A DNA stretch of 64,000 nt, taken from assembly GCA_965233585.1 (NCBI GenBank), contig CBDDTI010000615.1, forward strand, positions 2,936-66,935, given 5' to 3'. Source of the DNA: a bacterium (GTDB taxonomy: Bacteria; SAR324; NAC60-12). The notes under the pieces are model-generated. The model was given only the letters and a program-made list of their open reading frames with translations. It did not search any database and was not told the origin of the DNA. Below, in pieces: positions 24,083-37,829 of this stretch; the stretch's first letter is position 1; each line of letters begins with the position of its first letter. The position numbers and the translations under genes were made by a program.

Positions 24083-24207
24083 AAATCTATCATTTTTTTT
24101 AATATCACACTATTCTGTACCCGTCACCTTCTTTTTTCCACACTATTCTGTATCCTAGATTTGTTTGGGGGGGGTCCCCTGTACTAATCTGTAACCTACA
24201 TTATTCG

Positions 24208-27200
24208 AAAAGAGAGTCTTTGCCTTTCAGCTCATGCAACCTTCTCGCCTTGCCTCTGGCGATTGATTTTTCCGATCATGGCCTCTTCTGTGCCTGGTGG
24301 TATACCTGCACTGAAAGGTAAACTGGATGGGTCTGCCCTTTCCTCAACATTCTCAATTGCTTCTTCGACCAAAACCGGCGGCAACGACGGTGTCATTGGA
24401 GCAATGGATGAAGGGGGCAATGCAGGTGTTGGAGGCATTGAAACAGCTGGACTCAAGGGTGATCTCTGTCTTCCCTCGGATGCAATCTTGTCTGCACGAA
24501 TCAAACTAGTGAATCTTGCTTTGCATGCAGCGTTATGAACACCTCCAGCATTTTCGCAAGCCTTACAACCAGGTGAAGCACCCTATCGAATCAACCTATC
24601 TAAGGTTATGTACTCATTCCGTTCTCTAGGTGTCGCACTGGATGGCAGCGATGAAAATGGAACATCAATGTTTGGCACACCTTCTAATTTCAAACCACCA
24701 AACTCAGCCAGTGCTGCTTGTGAAGCTGTGAACAAAGGCATGATTGGATCACCCTCCGGAATGAAAACCTCTTCAAAAGGAACGCTAACGGGAACATTAT
24801 AACCTGGAGTCTTATCTTGAAGGGATTTATAATCCAACACCAAGTGCACTCCTTTGAAGTGCGGTCCCGTATCGAGTCGATAGCCCGGAAAGATTGCGGG
24901 TTTGGCATTTGCTTGGAACTTTTGCTGATTCAAATCACGAATGTAAACAAGCTGACCCAAGAGGATATCCCTGCCCGTCCAAGGTTTGCCTGTCGCAAGC
25001 TCCAATCTGGTCACTTCAGGGTGTCTTGTGGAAGCATGAGATCATGAATGCTGCATGCGACACTGACAGTGTCCAGAGGTCCTGAAACATGTGGAAACCT
25101 GCTTGTAAGTGGACAGCCCGAGTGATTTCTTCTATTGTTCTCAGCTCCCATTCCAACTTGGCATTGTGGGGCCAGCGGTTCTCGAGTGTTGGCTCGTGTT
25201 GAAAACCAAGTTGTGAGCATGATGCATGGAATTCATGTGCTCGATCACTCTTAACCATAATGGACGGCTGCTTATGATAAATCGGTCCTAGAAATGCCAA
25301 AAGATGCTTATTGATGTTCTCACTGCTTCTGGATCCAAGCGGAAATGCTCGAACAAAACCACTGAATTCATCGCGAACAACAAGGACAACATTGTCTCGA
25401 CCTTCGGTCCTGGACTTCGATACGATGATGAAATCACATGCCAACCGTTCGCCAAAAGCAGTAACTTCTGGAAGCATCCCTCTCGACTCAAGCGGATCAT
25501 GTCTCTTTGAAAAAGGTCCGCCTACGGTACATACGACTCCTTTGACATACTTCACATGTGGGATTCTTAGGTATGTGCAATCTTTTGTGTTCAATTGATG
25601 CAGCATCTTGCAAAAGTCTGGTATACCTATCTTTTGGTTCTAGGTCCCCGTCTTCAGAGTCCGCATCACCACCAGGATCATCAACGATTGGAACCTCAGA
25701 TGGTTGGGGCTTTTCATTGGAAGGTCCATCTCCATGCGCTGCATCGACAGCAGGAAGCCCAAAAGAATATGGTGCCTCGAATTGCATGGTTTCAGAGAAA
25801 ATTGGAACGTGATCATCGACTTTGTCGGCCACAAACAATCTTTCTGAATCTGCTGCAAGCTGAACTGCGTCCACATCTAATCCAAAGAAAGGCAGCTGGC
25901 CTGGGAGCCACACAAACGGTTTGCCTGACTCAACAATCTGTCCCAATGATCTCACCAAAGGACAGGACTGCGGACTGCATGACACGGAATGAGGCGTCAC
26001 CGAATTTGCTACCATTTGCATTGATCGACGTGTTGCTATTTACGCATCCATTACCAGTTTCAAACTTGACGCTTTGCGTACTTTGCAGAAACTGATTCAG
26101 ACTTTGTCTTGGGATGCCCTGATCCTGAAAAGCTTTCATGGATGCTAGGTCACGGCCTGCTCCGGAGTCGGCTATCCAAGATATTTCATACACACCCCTT
26201 TCATCATGTTGTGCTATCATCGCATGTTGGTATGACAAAACAGCAGGCAAACCTTGGGATGCTCCCGAGGGAGCAAACACCAAGGGACCATCAAGGGATT
26301 GCTGCACAGACTTGGTCAAACATGTCAAGGCTGCGATGCACTTGAAGAATGGCTGGAACCGTCTAGCACAAGCTACAATAGTATGCTTAAACCTCTCAAG
26401 AATGGAAGTTGACCATGTGCACTCTGATCGAACCTCCGATGCCGATGCCTTTGACAACGACGAAGCAACAACTATGGCGGCGGTGGCCTTAGAAGCTGCA
26501 TTAAATGGCATTGGAACCTGCTGACCCCCCTGATGCTCCACCCTTTGGGTTTGTTGTTGGTGCACCTTTTGCGGCAGCGGCTGACGCCTTTGGCACAGCC
26601 TTAGGATCATGAAAAAATGGACATTCATTTCCTCTATTACTAGGTCCTTTGGGCCAGAAAATGCATGGAAGACTTTGTGTATTTGGCTTGGGCTTTGCCT
26701 TCGCCTTGGCATCTCCTTTACCAGTGTCTTTTCCTTTGGAATCCAACTTTGTCGGGACACTTGGGCCATTTTGATTTCCTTTGGAAGAACCCTTTGGGTT
26801 GGTTGCAGGTTTGGGTTTTGGTTTTGCCTTCGGCTTTGCCTTGGCTGCTGCAGCATTTGCTGTAGCATCCTCATCCGCGCCTGCTTGTGCAACAGTACCT
26901 TTAGGCTTTGCCTTGGCCTTTGCCTGTGTTTGCAATGCCGTTCTGATTGACTCTTCGTTTTGGTCTTCCTTCATTTCCAACAACGTGGTCTTCAGTTTAT
27001 TGAAAAGCCAATCCCAACATCTGACGTGAGACGTTTGTTTGGAATCTTTGATTCTGTCAACGTGTCTCTGCATCAGTCTTACTTTCTTTAATCGTGAGTA
27101 CAACCATGTCTATCGTGTCAACTCTGATGGCTGCAAATCAGGAGGGATTGAATTGAGAACGAACTCAATGCGATCAACAAAGGTGCGGAGGCCTTCATAA

Positions 27201-28983
27201 GTATATATGCGCTGATGTCGAGCTCTAACAAGCTTTGCTGTGTCAGATTGGCTCCACGGCTCAAGTCTAAGAAGAATCTCCTGGCCACCATGTTGAGCAA
27301 AACCCTTCCTAATGGCGCCCTACCCCGCAACTACTCTTTCTCAGCATAGGCCTGAAATTGTAAACCCAATTCACCTCGGAGATGTTTGGGCTCCATCAGC
27401 TGACTGGCAAGGTATGCATCAAGACGAGGCATTTCCAGAGAAGTCTGCTCTAAGTACTTTACTGAAACATCTGCTGAGAAGGATTCCAGCAACCAAGTCA
27501 TGATACGGTTCTCACCTGTCTTGTCAATTGATGTGGCTTTGGTAAGAAAGGAGTTGCGCCAACCACGGAACTGCGCGGCATCATTGGGGAGTGTTGGCAC
27601 TGACACTGGTTGCAGGTCTTTTGTTTTATACATGGACGACTCATCATTGATTCTATCAGAACCTGCACCGACCGACCGAAGACCATCTTGCCTACGAGCT
27701 ATTGGGCTTCCTCCAACCCCACTGCCATCACCTGGATTACTAGGCCACGATGGATCATGAGTACTAGGTGGAGTATTACCCACCTTTCCTCTGCCTGGGT
27801 CACTAGATCTGGATGACGTGGATGATGATGGGGTTCCCGGCTGTCCTGGCGGCCGAGGTTTCTTCGGTGACATGTTCATGAAATATGGTGGAACATACCC
27901 TGCACATGCGGATTGGTTTGGCGAAACATACGGGGATGCTGCATGGACCGATGCATGAGGGGAAACGACCGGCGACCCTGCTGGAAACTGGTTCTGGCTG
28001 ACTGGGATGACTGGAGTGGCAATGTTATATTGACTAGGCGTGGCAAATTGCGATGAACTATGCATCAAGGATTTCCTTTGTTGGTTATCCTCTTTCAACT
28101 GCCGTACCTCATTTCTCAATGCCGAGATGCAATCCAACAAGTCTGATTGATCCGTGCCATTTTGGGGAACGATTGGTGGACTTGATTGATGATGGACTAT
28201 GGTCAATTGATGTTGCAATGACATGACCACTGCTTGCATTTCTTGAAACCGATCCCTTTGCTCAGCCAATTCATTTTGTTGGGATTCCAACTTCTCAAGC
28301 AAAGTCTGGCTATATTGTTCCGATTGTTGTAACTTCAAACCCAATTCTCCATGTGCTAAGTTTGCCGAATGCTGGATCCTAGAAATCTCTTCTTGGTGCT
28401 TCGCATTCAACTGTGCTACATGGGCTGAAGCTTCTGAGTGAATTTGCGATACCCTGTGTTCAGCACCCATCACACTAACCTCTGCGACCCTTTGAGCTTC
28501 TTGGGATTGATGATGGTATTGGGCAACCGCATTGTAAGCTTCTGCACGAACTTGGGATTCACGAGCATGTGCAACTGCAGAATTAACACCAACACTCAAA
28601 ACATTCAGCTGCTGTTGAGTGCGATGATCATGATAAGTCTGTTCGACATGTTCTGATCTTTGATCAAAATTGTCAGCTTCCATTTGAACATCCATTTGTA
28701 CATCCATGCGATTCATTGGAACAGATTGTGGAAATGATCCTAGTCCCCGATGAGATGCATCCCCGCTGGAACTACCCCGTTGGATACCTAATGGTGGTAG
28801 TGAGGCACGACTGGAACTGCTAGAAGAGCGACTTGCAGGTTTACCAATCTTCCTAACACTAAGGGCTTTGCTCCTAGATGGTTCATCACAAATCTCGGGT
28901 GATGTGGACGAAACCTGAAGGGAAGTCTCGGGACTCTCTGCTCCTGGAACCATGGATGAGGATATCTCACTGATTTGTGGCAT
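24208..28983 (-). pseudogene. copia gag-pol pseudogene: Gag, CCCH-type knuckle, aspartic protease, integrase
   Basis: CIFWPKGPSNRGNECPFFH (knuckle, one Cys lost); WIADSGAGRDL (protease); HKRLHIPKNPTCEVC (HHCC); LACDF..VKSD..NAKLE (D,D,E); PAIFPGY (copia IN C-terminal motif). Broken by several frameshifts and stops. Confidence 0.92.
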
Positions 28984-29250
28984 GTTATATGCTCTTTCAA
29001 GGTATGAACTCAACTTAGCAAAATGCCGGACCCTAAGAATTGTTTTGCAAATCAAAGAGGGTTCAAAACCAAGAAGCCAATATTGCTTATTTGTTAATGT
29101 GAGGATGCACCCTGGTCAGCGCAAACACTCACTTTATAGCGCTCGATTTTCGAGTTTGCGGTGTGATACCTAGGAAGACACTCGGATTCGACAAGCTTAG
29201 CAAGGACTCACAAGTGAATATCCAGTGGAGGATGCAATGGATAAGCAGAA

Positions 29251-29313
29251 TTACTGGCTCTCTTTGAGACGATACTTGGTACAGACGTCCTGGATCGCGT
29301 CCACAATGTTCTG
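29251..29313 (-). pseudogene. Displaced 3' end of the HAD-like ORF (QNIVDAIQDVCTKYRLKESQ*)
   Basis: Removing 29314-40566 plus one TG restores the frame VDWY-QNIV to TAA at 29251. Confidence 0.8.
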
Positions 29314-30108
29314 CCCTGAAGATGAGGTTAGGTTAAAAAGGTGCTTTTAGGCTATTTTGAAAAAATAGTTAACTTTCTGCCTATTAGGTAGATCATGTTT
29401 AACCTTGAAAAGGTTATTTGATCAAATAACCTTTAACTATTTTCAAGGTTATTCATACAATTTACCTTTTTTTTGAAGGTTATTTGTACAAGTTACCTTT
29501 TGTTTTCAAAGGTTATTCATACAACTTACCTTTTTTCCCAAGGTTATTTATATCATTTACCTTCTCTTTGCAATGGATGTGTTTGCTTCTATGCTCATGT
29601 CAACACAAGCCAGTGACAGCACACATGTATTGCTTTGAGCTTTTCTGTTTGAGCAAGTGAACACTTTTCCCCAACAGTGTTCCTTAGAATATATGAGTGG
29701 CTGTTCTTTTTGGGGGGCAGGTGAAAGTTATTTGAAAGATGTATGAGATTTGTTTGAGAGTTGTTTGAGAGTCATGTGAGAGTTATTTGAGAGTTATTTG
29801 TAAGTTATTGGAGAGTTTTTGGAGAGTCATGTGAGAAATGTTGGAGGGTTATTGGAAAATTATTGGAGAGTTGTTTGACAGGCCAGCCCAACTTCTGTAG
29901 CTGCTGTTGTCAGAACTTCTGTGAAGCTGTGGTGAAGTCATGTGTCTTTGCTGTGAAATTTCTAAAAGACCTGTGTCTGCTGTGCATTCAAGGCTCTGTC
30001 TTCACAGTGACAAGAAGTTAGTGTGGCATGTGAGAACAACAGAACACTAGAAAAAGAAGAGCATGTGTGTCTTCATTTTCTGGGCTGGAGGCCCAAGGCA
30101 CAACAATC

Positions 30109-31769
30109 ATGGCACAAGAATGGAAACATATCATTGACGCGTTTTTGCACCCTCTTTTGTGGCTTCAGCCATGTCCTTGCAAAAGCAAAGGCTTACAGCA
30201 GATCCCTGCTTGGGTGTTGGTGACATCATGTCACCTGTCATGTCATGGTTGAAAGAGACAGGCAAATATGACCTGTCTTCTTTGTTGGAACCCAAGACAC
30301 CAGTGTCATGGAAAACAGCTCTCAACGTGGCATGGCTCTGCAGTTTGGAGAAGTTGTTTGAGAAGTTGCTGACGGTTGTCCCAGCTTGCATTTTCCCCGC
30401 CAAAAAGGTCAGGTTAGCACTGCAAAAGATTCAGTCAGAGGTGACCAGGATCAACTTTGGACGAAAAGATGATGACCAATTCTTTGACAACATGGACCAA
30501 CTTCTGAGAATTGCAGCTTCACAACTCAGGGACCTCAAGCAGCAGCTTTCTGTGTACCAGAGGACGATGAAAAAAGCTTCTGTCAGTGAAAAAGAAAAGA
30601 TTGATGCTCTGTTGCTGTTGATCCATATTCCTGCGACTGATGCTGAAGAAGGTCACCAAGAAAAATCCCAGAAGAAAGCTTCTCTCAAGGAAACTTGCAC
30701 AGCACTGGTTCCCTATGTGGCACCAAAGACCACCTGCTCTGCAGCAGAAGCTTCTGCCCACTGCAGCCCAAATATCTACACAAGGATTCTGTCTAAGAAG
30801 CTGAGTGATGAAAGTGCTGGCCCAGGCGATGCTAAATCACCACCAAGGCTGGCTGCCACTTCCTCTGGACCCAGCAGCTCCAGCAGAAGCTTGGGGAGAG
30901 AGGTGGCATGGGATGACTTCACCAGAAGTGAAAAGGATCTGCTGGCTGAAGCTTTGAGCAAGGCTTCTCACATTTGTTTTGCAGTAATGCTGCTTGTTTG
31001 TACCATGCCATGTTAGCATAAGTTTGCTCCAACTGATTGATTTGTGTGTGACCCTGATCCAATCAAATGGAGGAAGTGCGAGTTGAGAAGAAAAAAGGAA
31101 GAAAGAGCAGGTGTAAAGGAAAAACAAAGGCCAAAGTGAAGAAAAAAAAGAAAGCAACTTCTTCTGCTTCTTCTGCGACAGACCCCAGCCCAAAGAAGAT
31201 TAGCAGGCCATGATCCTTGCATTCTTGGATAGTCTATCTTCCAAGAGTTTTGGTGTCAGCCAAGTATAGCTAGACAGGCAGCAGTCCAAACCTCCTGGGT
31301 CATCACTGCAAAGGCCCAAAGCCAAAAGTAGCTGCAAAACGGAGAAGAAAAAAACAAAGGAAAAAGAGAAAGAGCAGTGCCTGGGCATGGAGCTAGTGCA
31401 GCAAATGTAACACTTTAAGTGGACTGCCCATGTTATCACAGGCCTTCTGCAGAGAAACCAGAGAAGCAGCAGATGTGCCTTGGAAAATGAATATGTTTCT
31501 TCGTCTATCATGGGCCTCTATGATTTGTGGTGCAGCTGCAGCATCTGTGTTTGCACTGTGAGCAGTGCTTCTGCTGGGTCCCTTGCAGGAAAACGACTTT
31601 CAAGCACAGAAAGACTAGCTCTGAGTGGAACAAAGCCAAAAAACAGGCTTTGGCTGCAGGACATAGCCCAAACACAGCAAAGGCTATGGGAAGAGCTGCT
31701 GCTCAAGAAGTTGCTAGGCAAATAGATGCTGGCTTGTTGAAAGAAGAAACCGCTGAAGATGTTGACTGA
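30109..31769 (+). CDS. Transposon cargo gene 1: helical N-terminal domain plus Lys/Ser-rich region; probably spliced and/or frameshifted
   Basis: ORF 30159-31016 followed by coding-like pieces up to ORF 31527-31769; exon structure unresolved. Confidence 0.5.
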
Positions 31770-31933
31770 AAGAAGAGTCACTGTGGAGGAAAAAATGTGC
31801 AAAGCTGATGTGTGTGTGTGCATGTTGTATCACAGCTGCTTGTGGCAAAGCATGTGTCAGGGTTCATATGCAAAGCAAGCATCATGTGGTATGCAGCATA
31901 TGCCTTGTTAGGAGAAAGATATGTCACAGGTAT

Positions 31934-31966
<33 letters not shown>

Positions 31967-32347
31967 TTGAAAGTTGTTCTGAGAGAGGTAGTTGGGAGTT
32001 ATTTGACAGCTATTTGAGAGTTATTTGAAAACTATTTGGCAGTTATTTGAGGGATATTTGAGAGTTGTTGGAGAGTTATTGGAGAGTTCTATGAGTTAGT
32101 GGAGATTTATTTGAGAGGTATTTGACAGTTATTTAAGAGATATTGGAGGGATCCCTCTAGGAAGTAGGTGTAATAGATGTAGTAAAAGCAGGTTGGTGTA
32201 TTCTCCTTCAACCCAGCAACCCAACACCAATTTAGAATTATGGGTGTTTCTGTTGTTTTGGCTTCAGAATGGGATTTTGCTGATAGGTGCTGGTACAAGA
32301 TCCCTTTAAAATAGTCTTCAACAGAAACTCGCCAAAACTTTTGGGGG

Positions 32348-32680
32348 ATGGCTGACCAGCTTCACATCAGCAATTTCCCAATGACCTGGTCAGCAGAACT
32401 GATCAGAACAGCCTTGGACCAGCAGTTCCCAGGAATTACACGAGTAGTTCCCCTGAGAAAAGGTTTTCAGAGGCCTTTTGGAAGAATGTCTTGTTTTGTT
32501 CATTGGACCCCTGGTTGTCGTCCCAATGCTGAAGATGTGACTGGTTTTTTACCTTGGGAACTGGCTGCCACTGGCTGGAATGTTAGTTTGGTGGCGAAGC
32601 ATGTGAACCTTCCTGTTTCTAGGAAGCACTGTGAGGCTCAAAGCCATGTTGCAAGGCCCAGTGAACCAGCACTGGGGTAG
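32348..32680 (+). CDS. Transposon cargo gene 2: RRM-like first exon, possibly continuing through exons to about 34110
   Basis: LHISNFP (RNP2-like) and MSCFVHW (RNP1-like) at RRM-like spacing; downstream Pro/Lys/Glu-rich pieces at 33330-34000. Confidence 0.5.
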   Translation: MADQLHISNFPMTWSAELIRTALDQQFPGITRVVPLRKGFQRPFGRMSCFVHWTPGCRPNAEDVTGFLPWELAATGWNVSLVAKHVNLPVSRKHCEAQSHVARPSEPALG

Positions 32681-34896
32681 CTGTAAAGGAAGGGGTTGGG
32701 GAACAGAATACCATGGTTTCCTGATGGTAGAAGGGCAACTAGAAAAAAAAGAATGCCCTTGCTATACAGTTCCGCCTGAATGCCCTTTGTGCAACCGAAC
32801 CCTGACAGTCTTGAACTCATTGGTGGCATGCAAAATTTCATGGATGTCAAGATGGGTACCTATGCACTGCATTTTTTTGGTTTGAGCTGAGGCTAAGGGA
32901 GCTCAGAAAGGGCAGCTTGGCATGAGATATGCTTTCGCTGTGTGTTTTGCACAATTTCTTTCCATTGTGACTAGGCCATCTGGAGCAACACCGAAGTTTC
33001 TGGACAGCAGATATCAATTTCAAAGATCCATGAATGATATTATTTCCCATGTCTATGGTGGTTATTTCAACAGGAATTGCATCTTGAGAATTATTTGAGA
33101 GCTAATTGAGAACTATTTGAGAGCTATTTGAAAGTTATTGGAGATTTTTTTGAGAGTTGCTTTCAATGTAGTTCAAAGTTACCTGTTTTTTGAGAGCCAT
33201 TAGAGAGTTATGTTTGAAAGGTATACCTAAGGTATTGAATGCAATTGGGACAATATGGGATTGATCTGCTTGGGTTGTTGTAGGAATTAATGGACCTAAT
33301 TCTTCATCAGTTTTCCTGTGGCATGCTATCTTAGGCCACCAGGTGGAAAACCAGCACCTTCTAGCTGGACCAGCCCTTCTGCTGGACCTGCTGAGAGGTT
33401 TGGGACACAACCCAATCACTGTTCATGTTTTTTTTGGGCAGTGCATTGAGGCCACCTGCCAAAGCTCCTCCAGCAAAACCTTTCCTGAACTTTGTGGAGA
33501 AAAAAGAAGGAAAGGGATACCCTGAGCAAAGGCTGGAACATTTGCTTTGAAATTTTTCTCTGCTTGTCAAAATTTGCTGCTAGGGCTGCAGCAGCAGAGG
33601 AGCCAAGGCCAGGAAGCACCAAAGCAACAACAAGAGGTATTTATTTTTTTGGTTTGTCACTTTGTGCTGCTAGGCCTGCAGCCAAGAGTCCACCAAAGGA
33701 CCCAAGGCCACAACCTCCCAAAGAAGAAACCAAAGAGGTCCAGAAGGATGAAAAAGAAGAGACTCCAGAGGAGGTTCCTGAAGTGAAGGTGACACAGGAG
33801 TGTCTTGGATGCATTTAGTGGCTCTACCCAATTCCAACTGCATTACCTTTCACAAAGTGCTTTGTTTTTTGGCAGGCCTTCTGACACTGAAGCTTCTCAG
33901 ACTGAAGAATCCTTCGACCCCTGTGAGCATGTGGACTTTGGAACAAAAAGCCCGACCAGTGAGACCAAGGAAGAAGAGCACCCTAGTTGCATTAGATCAG
34001 CTGGTGTTTGCATGAGATCAATCTATATTTTTTTGGTTGCACTGGCAGGCAGGCATCCAGCAGTGAAAAGCCCAGGTGTCTCAGCAGCAATATTTGAGCA
34101 AGCAACTATTTGAGAGGTATTTGAGAGATATTGGGCAATTATTTGAGGGACACTTGAGAGCTATTTGAGAGTTTTCAAAAATATATATTTGAGTTATTTG
34201 AAAGATACTTGAGAGCTAGTTGAAAGTTGTTCAAAAAAATAATTGAGAGCTATTTGCAAGATACTTGAGAGCCATTTGAGAGTTTTTAAAGAGCTACTTG
34301 AGGGATATTTGAGTGAAAGACTTGCCATTTGAGATTAGTGCAGCCCCACAGGATACTAGCAATCTTTCTGTCAGGAAATGGCGCTCCAGAAAGATGATGG
34401 AAGCTGCGCCCCTTGACTCTGCCACTATTGCAATGCCTTGTGCATGGACTGCAGTGCATTTCAAACACATTGTCTCTTGCATCTAAGGAGGCCAAAAGTG
34501 AAGGGTTGGGTCCCATCAAGGGAATATATCTGAGAAACTGCGAGCTCCACAGTGGAAAAACATGCAAAGTGACAGCATCACTCTGGGATTGATGTGGCAC
34601 ATTGGGAAGGTCTTGCAGCTGTTATTTGAGAGCTACTGGAGAGATATTGAACCAGTTTTCTATGAGTGATTGGAGAGATATTGGAGTGAGAAAATATCTG
34701 CGAGGTATCTGAGAGATATTGGGAAACTGTCACTGAAAGGTATTGGTGAGTCACTGGAACTGTTTCCTTGAAAGAGTTTGCAGAAACATGTGTGTTTTGT
34801 TGTCTTTGCATTGGTTTCTGACGTAAAAATGTCCAAAACTTTGATTTTTTCTAAAAAAATGTAAATATCATGTTTTTTTCACAAAAAACAAATGTA

Positions 34897-35062
34897 CCTT
34901 AGCAAAGTTTCTAAGCAAACTACTAAGGCTCTTAGCAGTTTGCTTAGCAAGTTTCTAAGTAGAAGTTTCTAAGCAAACTTAGCAGTTTGCTTAGAAACTA
35001 CTAAGCAAACTGCTAAGGCACCTTAGCACTTTGCTGAGAAACTTCCAAGCAAACTGCTAAGT
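34897..35062. repeat. Cluster of interleaved direct and inverted CTTAGCA/TGCTAAG/CTAAGCAAAC repeats
   Basis: Visible directly. Confidence 0.85.
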
Positions 35063-35585
35063 TACCAATTGTTTGTTCATGTTTTACCAAAAAACAGTGA
35101 TGTTTTGGTTTCAAAATGATCGTTGTCAGCCAAAAAAAATAAAAAAGAAAAACTGGTTGCACTGATTTGGTCGATGTTCATCCCACAAGTGGCTGCATGA
35201 CAGTTTGCTTGCTTATCCTTTGCCAGGCTCAGACCCAACAGCAGCAATTGCCAGTGTGAAAATTCAAACCAAGGATACCCAAAATACAACACACATGTTA
35301 CAAACACACTGTGGTGCTCACAGGCACCATTGTTGACACATGAACAATGTAGAAATATTTCTCAACTATCTCTCAACCATCTCTCAAAAAACTCAAGTAA
35401 CTCTCTACTAACTCTCAAATACCAAGAAGCACAAACATATCACTCAACTAACTCTCAAATATCACTAAGACAAGTAAACAAATATATTACATGTTCATTG
35501 GTACACTTTTTGTCACTTAATGTACAATAGCCCAGTGAAAACCACTGCCAGGTATTTACCTGGGAGCCCTCGTTTGCGCTACAAA

Positions 35586-37053
35586 ATGGCTTCTCAGGCT
35601 CCTGAGGATGTGACCAAAAATACAGAAGAACCAAAGGAGGCTGAGAAACCCGAGGAGAATGAAGAAACCACAGCTAAGCCAAAGGAGGAAGTTGAAAGTT
35701 TGAAAAAACCAGCTTCAAAGGCTAAGGCAGCTGCAAAGAAAAAACGAAGTTGCCAAAGACACCACAAAAGCCAAAAGGTAAAGCTAAAGCCAAGGCTGAG
35801 GCCAAGGCCAAAGCAAAAGCAAAGGCCAAAGCCAAAGCCTTGGCTGCCTCCAAGAGCAACCGCGAGAAAAAGGAGAAGGAAAAGACAGAGAAAAAGAAAA
35901 AGGATGAAGAGCCCAAGCTTATGAAAAGGCCTGCAGCCAAAGGTTTTTCCGTGAGAGACCAAGTTTCTCAGCTCCAAGCAGGGGTGCCACATGAGAAGAC
36001 TGAGGAAGAGCAGGGGCATGGTGAAGAAGGTGAAGAAGAAGAAGTGAAAGAAGAAGATCTATTTGTTGATCCTGATGAAGAAGGTGAGAAACGCTCCAAA
36101 GCTGCTGCTGGCAAATTCAACAGGTTGTGGAAGGCTGGAAAGGTTCCACAGCAGATCAAGGAGATCTGGCAGAAGTGTGAGACAAGAGATGAAAAGACAA
36201 TGCTTGTCAACCGCCTGTTCAAGAAGAACACCAAAACTGGCTGCTGGGAGATGCAGGCTGACAATCCAACTTTCAAAAGTTGGTTGAAAACTTCAGACAA
36301 GACCTTTGGCAAGGATGGTCAGCAAAGCTATCCACGAGCAATCATGTTGCATCACTACTTCAGAGGGGATGAAGATGCTTTCCTTCAGGCACTACATACT
36401 GGTGATATCTCAGAGATCAACAAAGGTGGAAAAGTGATGTACAGCTTTGAATGCTACGAGAGTGGAAGAGCTAAGGAAGCAGACCAGAGGATGGACTTGG
36501 ATAGAGGCACTAAAACCCTTACAGGTGAAGAGCATGATGCGGTGACCAATGTGCTGTGCAACTTTGACTGGACCAAGTTTGGCCAAGAAGTTCAGCCTGG
36601 ACCAAGGACTTCCAGCAAAGCAATGGCCTTGACTAATGGCCCACAGGTGGTGCTTTGGAAAAATGTCGAGCCTTTCTTGACACAAGCCAAGGCTGCCCAT
36701 GACAGGGTCCTGGGAAGTCTCAACAAGATGTTTGCTGCAGTTGCCCACGCAAAAGACAAGGATCTTAGCCTGAAGTTTAAGATTGCTCTGACAACTTTGC
36801 AGCAGAACAGCCAAGAGATTTCCAATGCCTTGATGTTCCAGGACTGACAAGCATTTGCTTACACAAATGTTGGCAAGCCTGTCCTGTTGCTCATCTGTTT
36901 CCAACTTCCAACTTGCAGGAGATACCAGGTTGCAAAGAGTTGATCAAAACCGAAGTGGATGATTGGCTTGCAGCCAAAGGCAAGGACATGTCAGCCCACT
37001 ACGAGGCAAGTGAGACCATCAAGAGTGTTTTGAAAGCCAGAGAACTTTTGTGA
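35586..37053 (+). CDS. Transposon cargo gene 3: Lys/Ala-rich and acidic N-terminus plus unknown globular domain; frameshift near 35745; GA-AG intron 36842-36918
   Basis: ORFs 35520-35924 and 35750-36847. CAG|GACTG..TTGCAG|GAG joins in frame to EIPGCKELIKTEVDDWL..ARELL*. Confidence 0.7.
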
Positions 37054-37829
37054 GCTGGGCCCTCAGAATGGGCTGGAAAGCCCAACAAGGTGTTCACAAG
37101 AAGTATTTGAGAATTAGGTAGATTGTAAAACTTTTGGTGTTCATTTGAGAAATAACTAGCAGATATCTTTTATGTATTGGAGAGATATTGGAACGTGATT
37201 TCAAAGTTATTTGAGAGATATTGGAGAGTTATTTGAGAGTTATTTAAGAGTTGTTGGAGAGTTATTTGAGAGATATTGGAAAGTTATTTGAAAGTTATTG
37301 GGGAGATATTGGAGATTTATTTGAGAGTTATTTGAGAGTTATTTGGGAGTTATTAGAGAGTTATTTGAAAGATGCTGTCATTTTCCCACCAGTGAGACAG
37401 CTGACCTGTTTGTTGCAGCTCCTTCCATCCTTGCAAACACCTTGCTGTCCCCAGGTTCAGGCTCAGACTGTGAGAAGCTTTGGCCTAGGTGCGACAACTC
37501 TCCTTCAGACTGCTGCTGTTGGTTAAAAAAATTGAGCTGGCTCCTGCCTGCCTGAGCTAGCAATGACTAGGGCAGTATGGCATGTGCAACTTCAAGTTTG
37601 CAGGCTAGAGATGAATCAGAGATGTGCAGCTCAAGCCTGTGACACTTTCCAATGAGAAGTTCACACCACATCACATGTGCACAAGGTAGCCTGTGAAACA
37701 TTCATGTTCATCAACCACACCACTTCATTTCTTATAGCCAGCATCTTCTCACAATCTTTTTAACAGCTTAAATCAAGCTTTCCCTGACACCTTGTTTTTC
37801 TTCCCTTACCCCCTGTGGCTTTGCCAGCC

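Larger units (their letters stand above)
1..24207 (-). mobile_element. Right part of a large unclassified cassette-bearing element (left end outside window), internally duplicated and interleaved with copia fragments
   Basis: Composition is distinct (almost no CpG, very dense CTGAG/CTCAG, TTAATTAA runs) and switches sharply to CpG-rich copia pol sequence at ...CCTACATTATTCG|AAAAGAGAG. The same junction occurs three times (5211, 12907, 24207). No transposase or recombinase for it is visible in the window. Confidence 0.55.
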
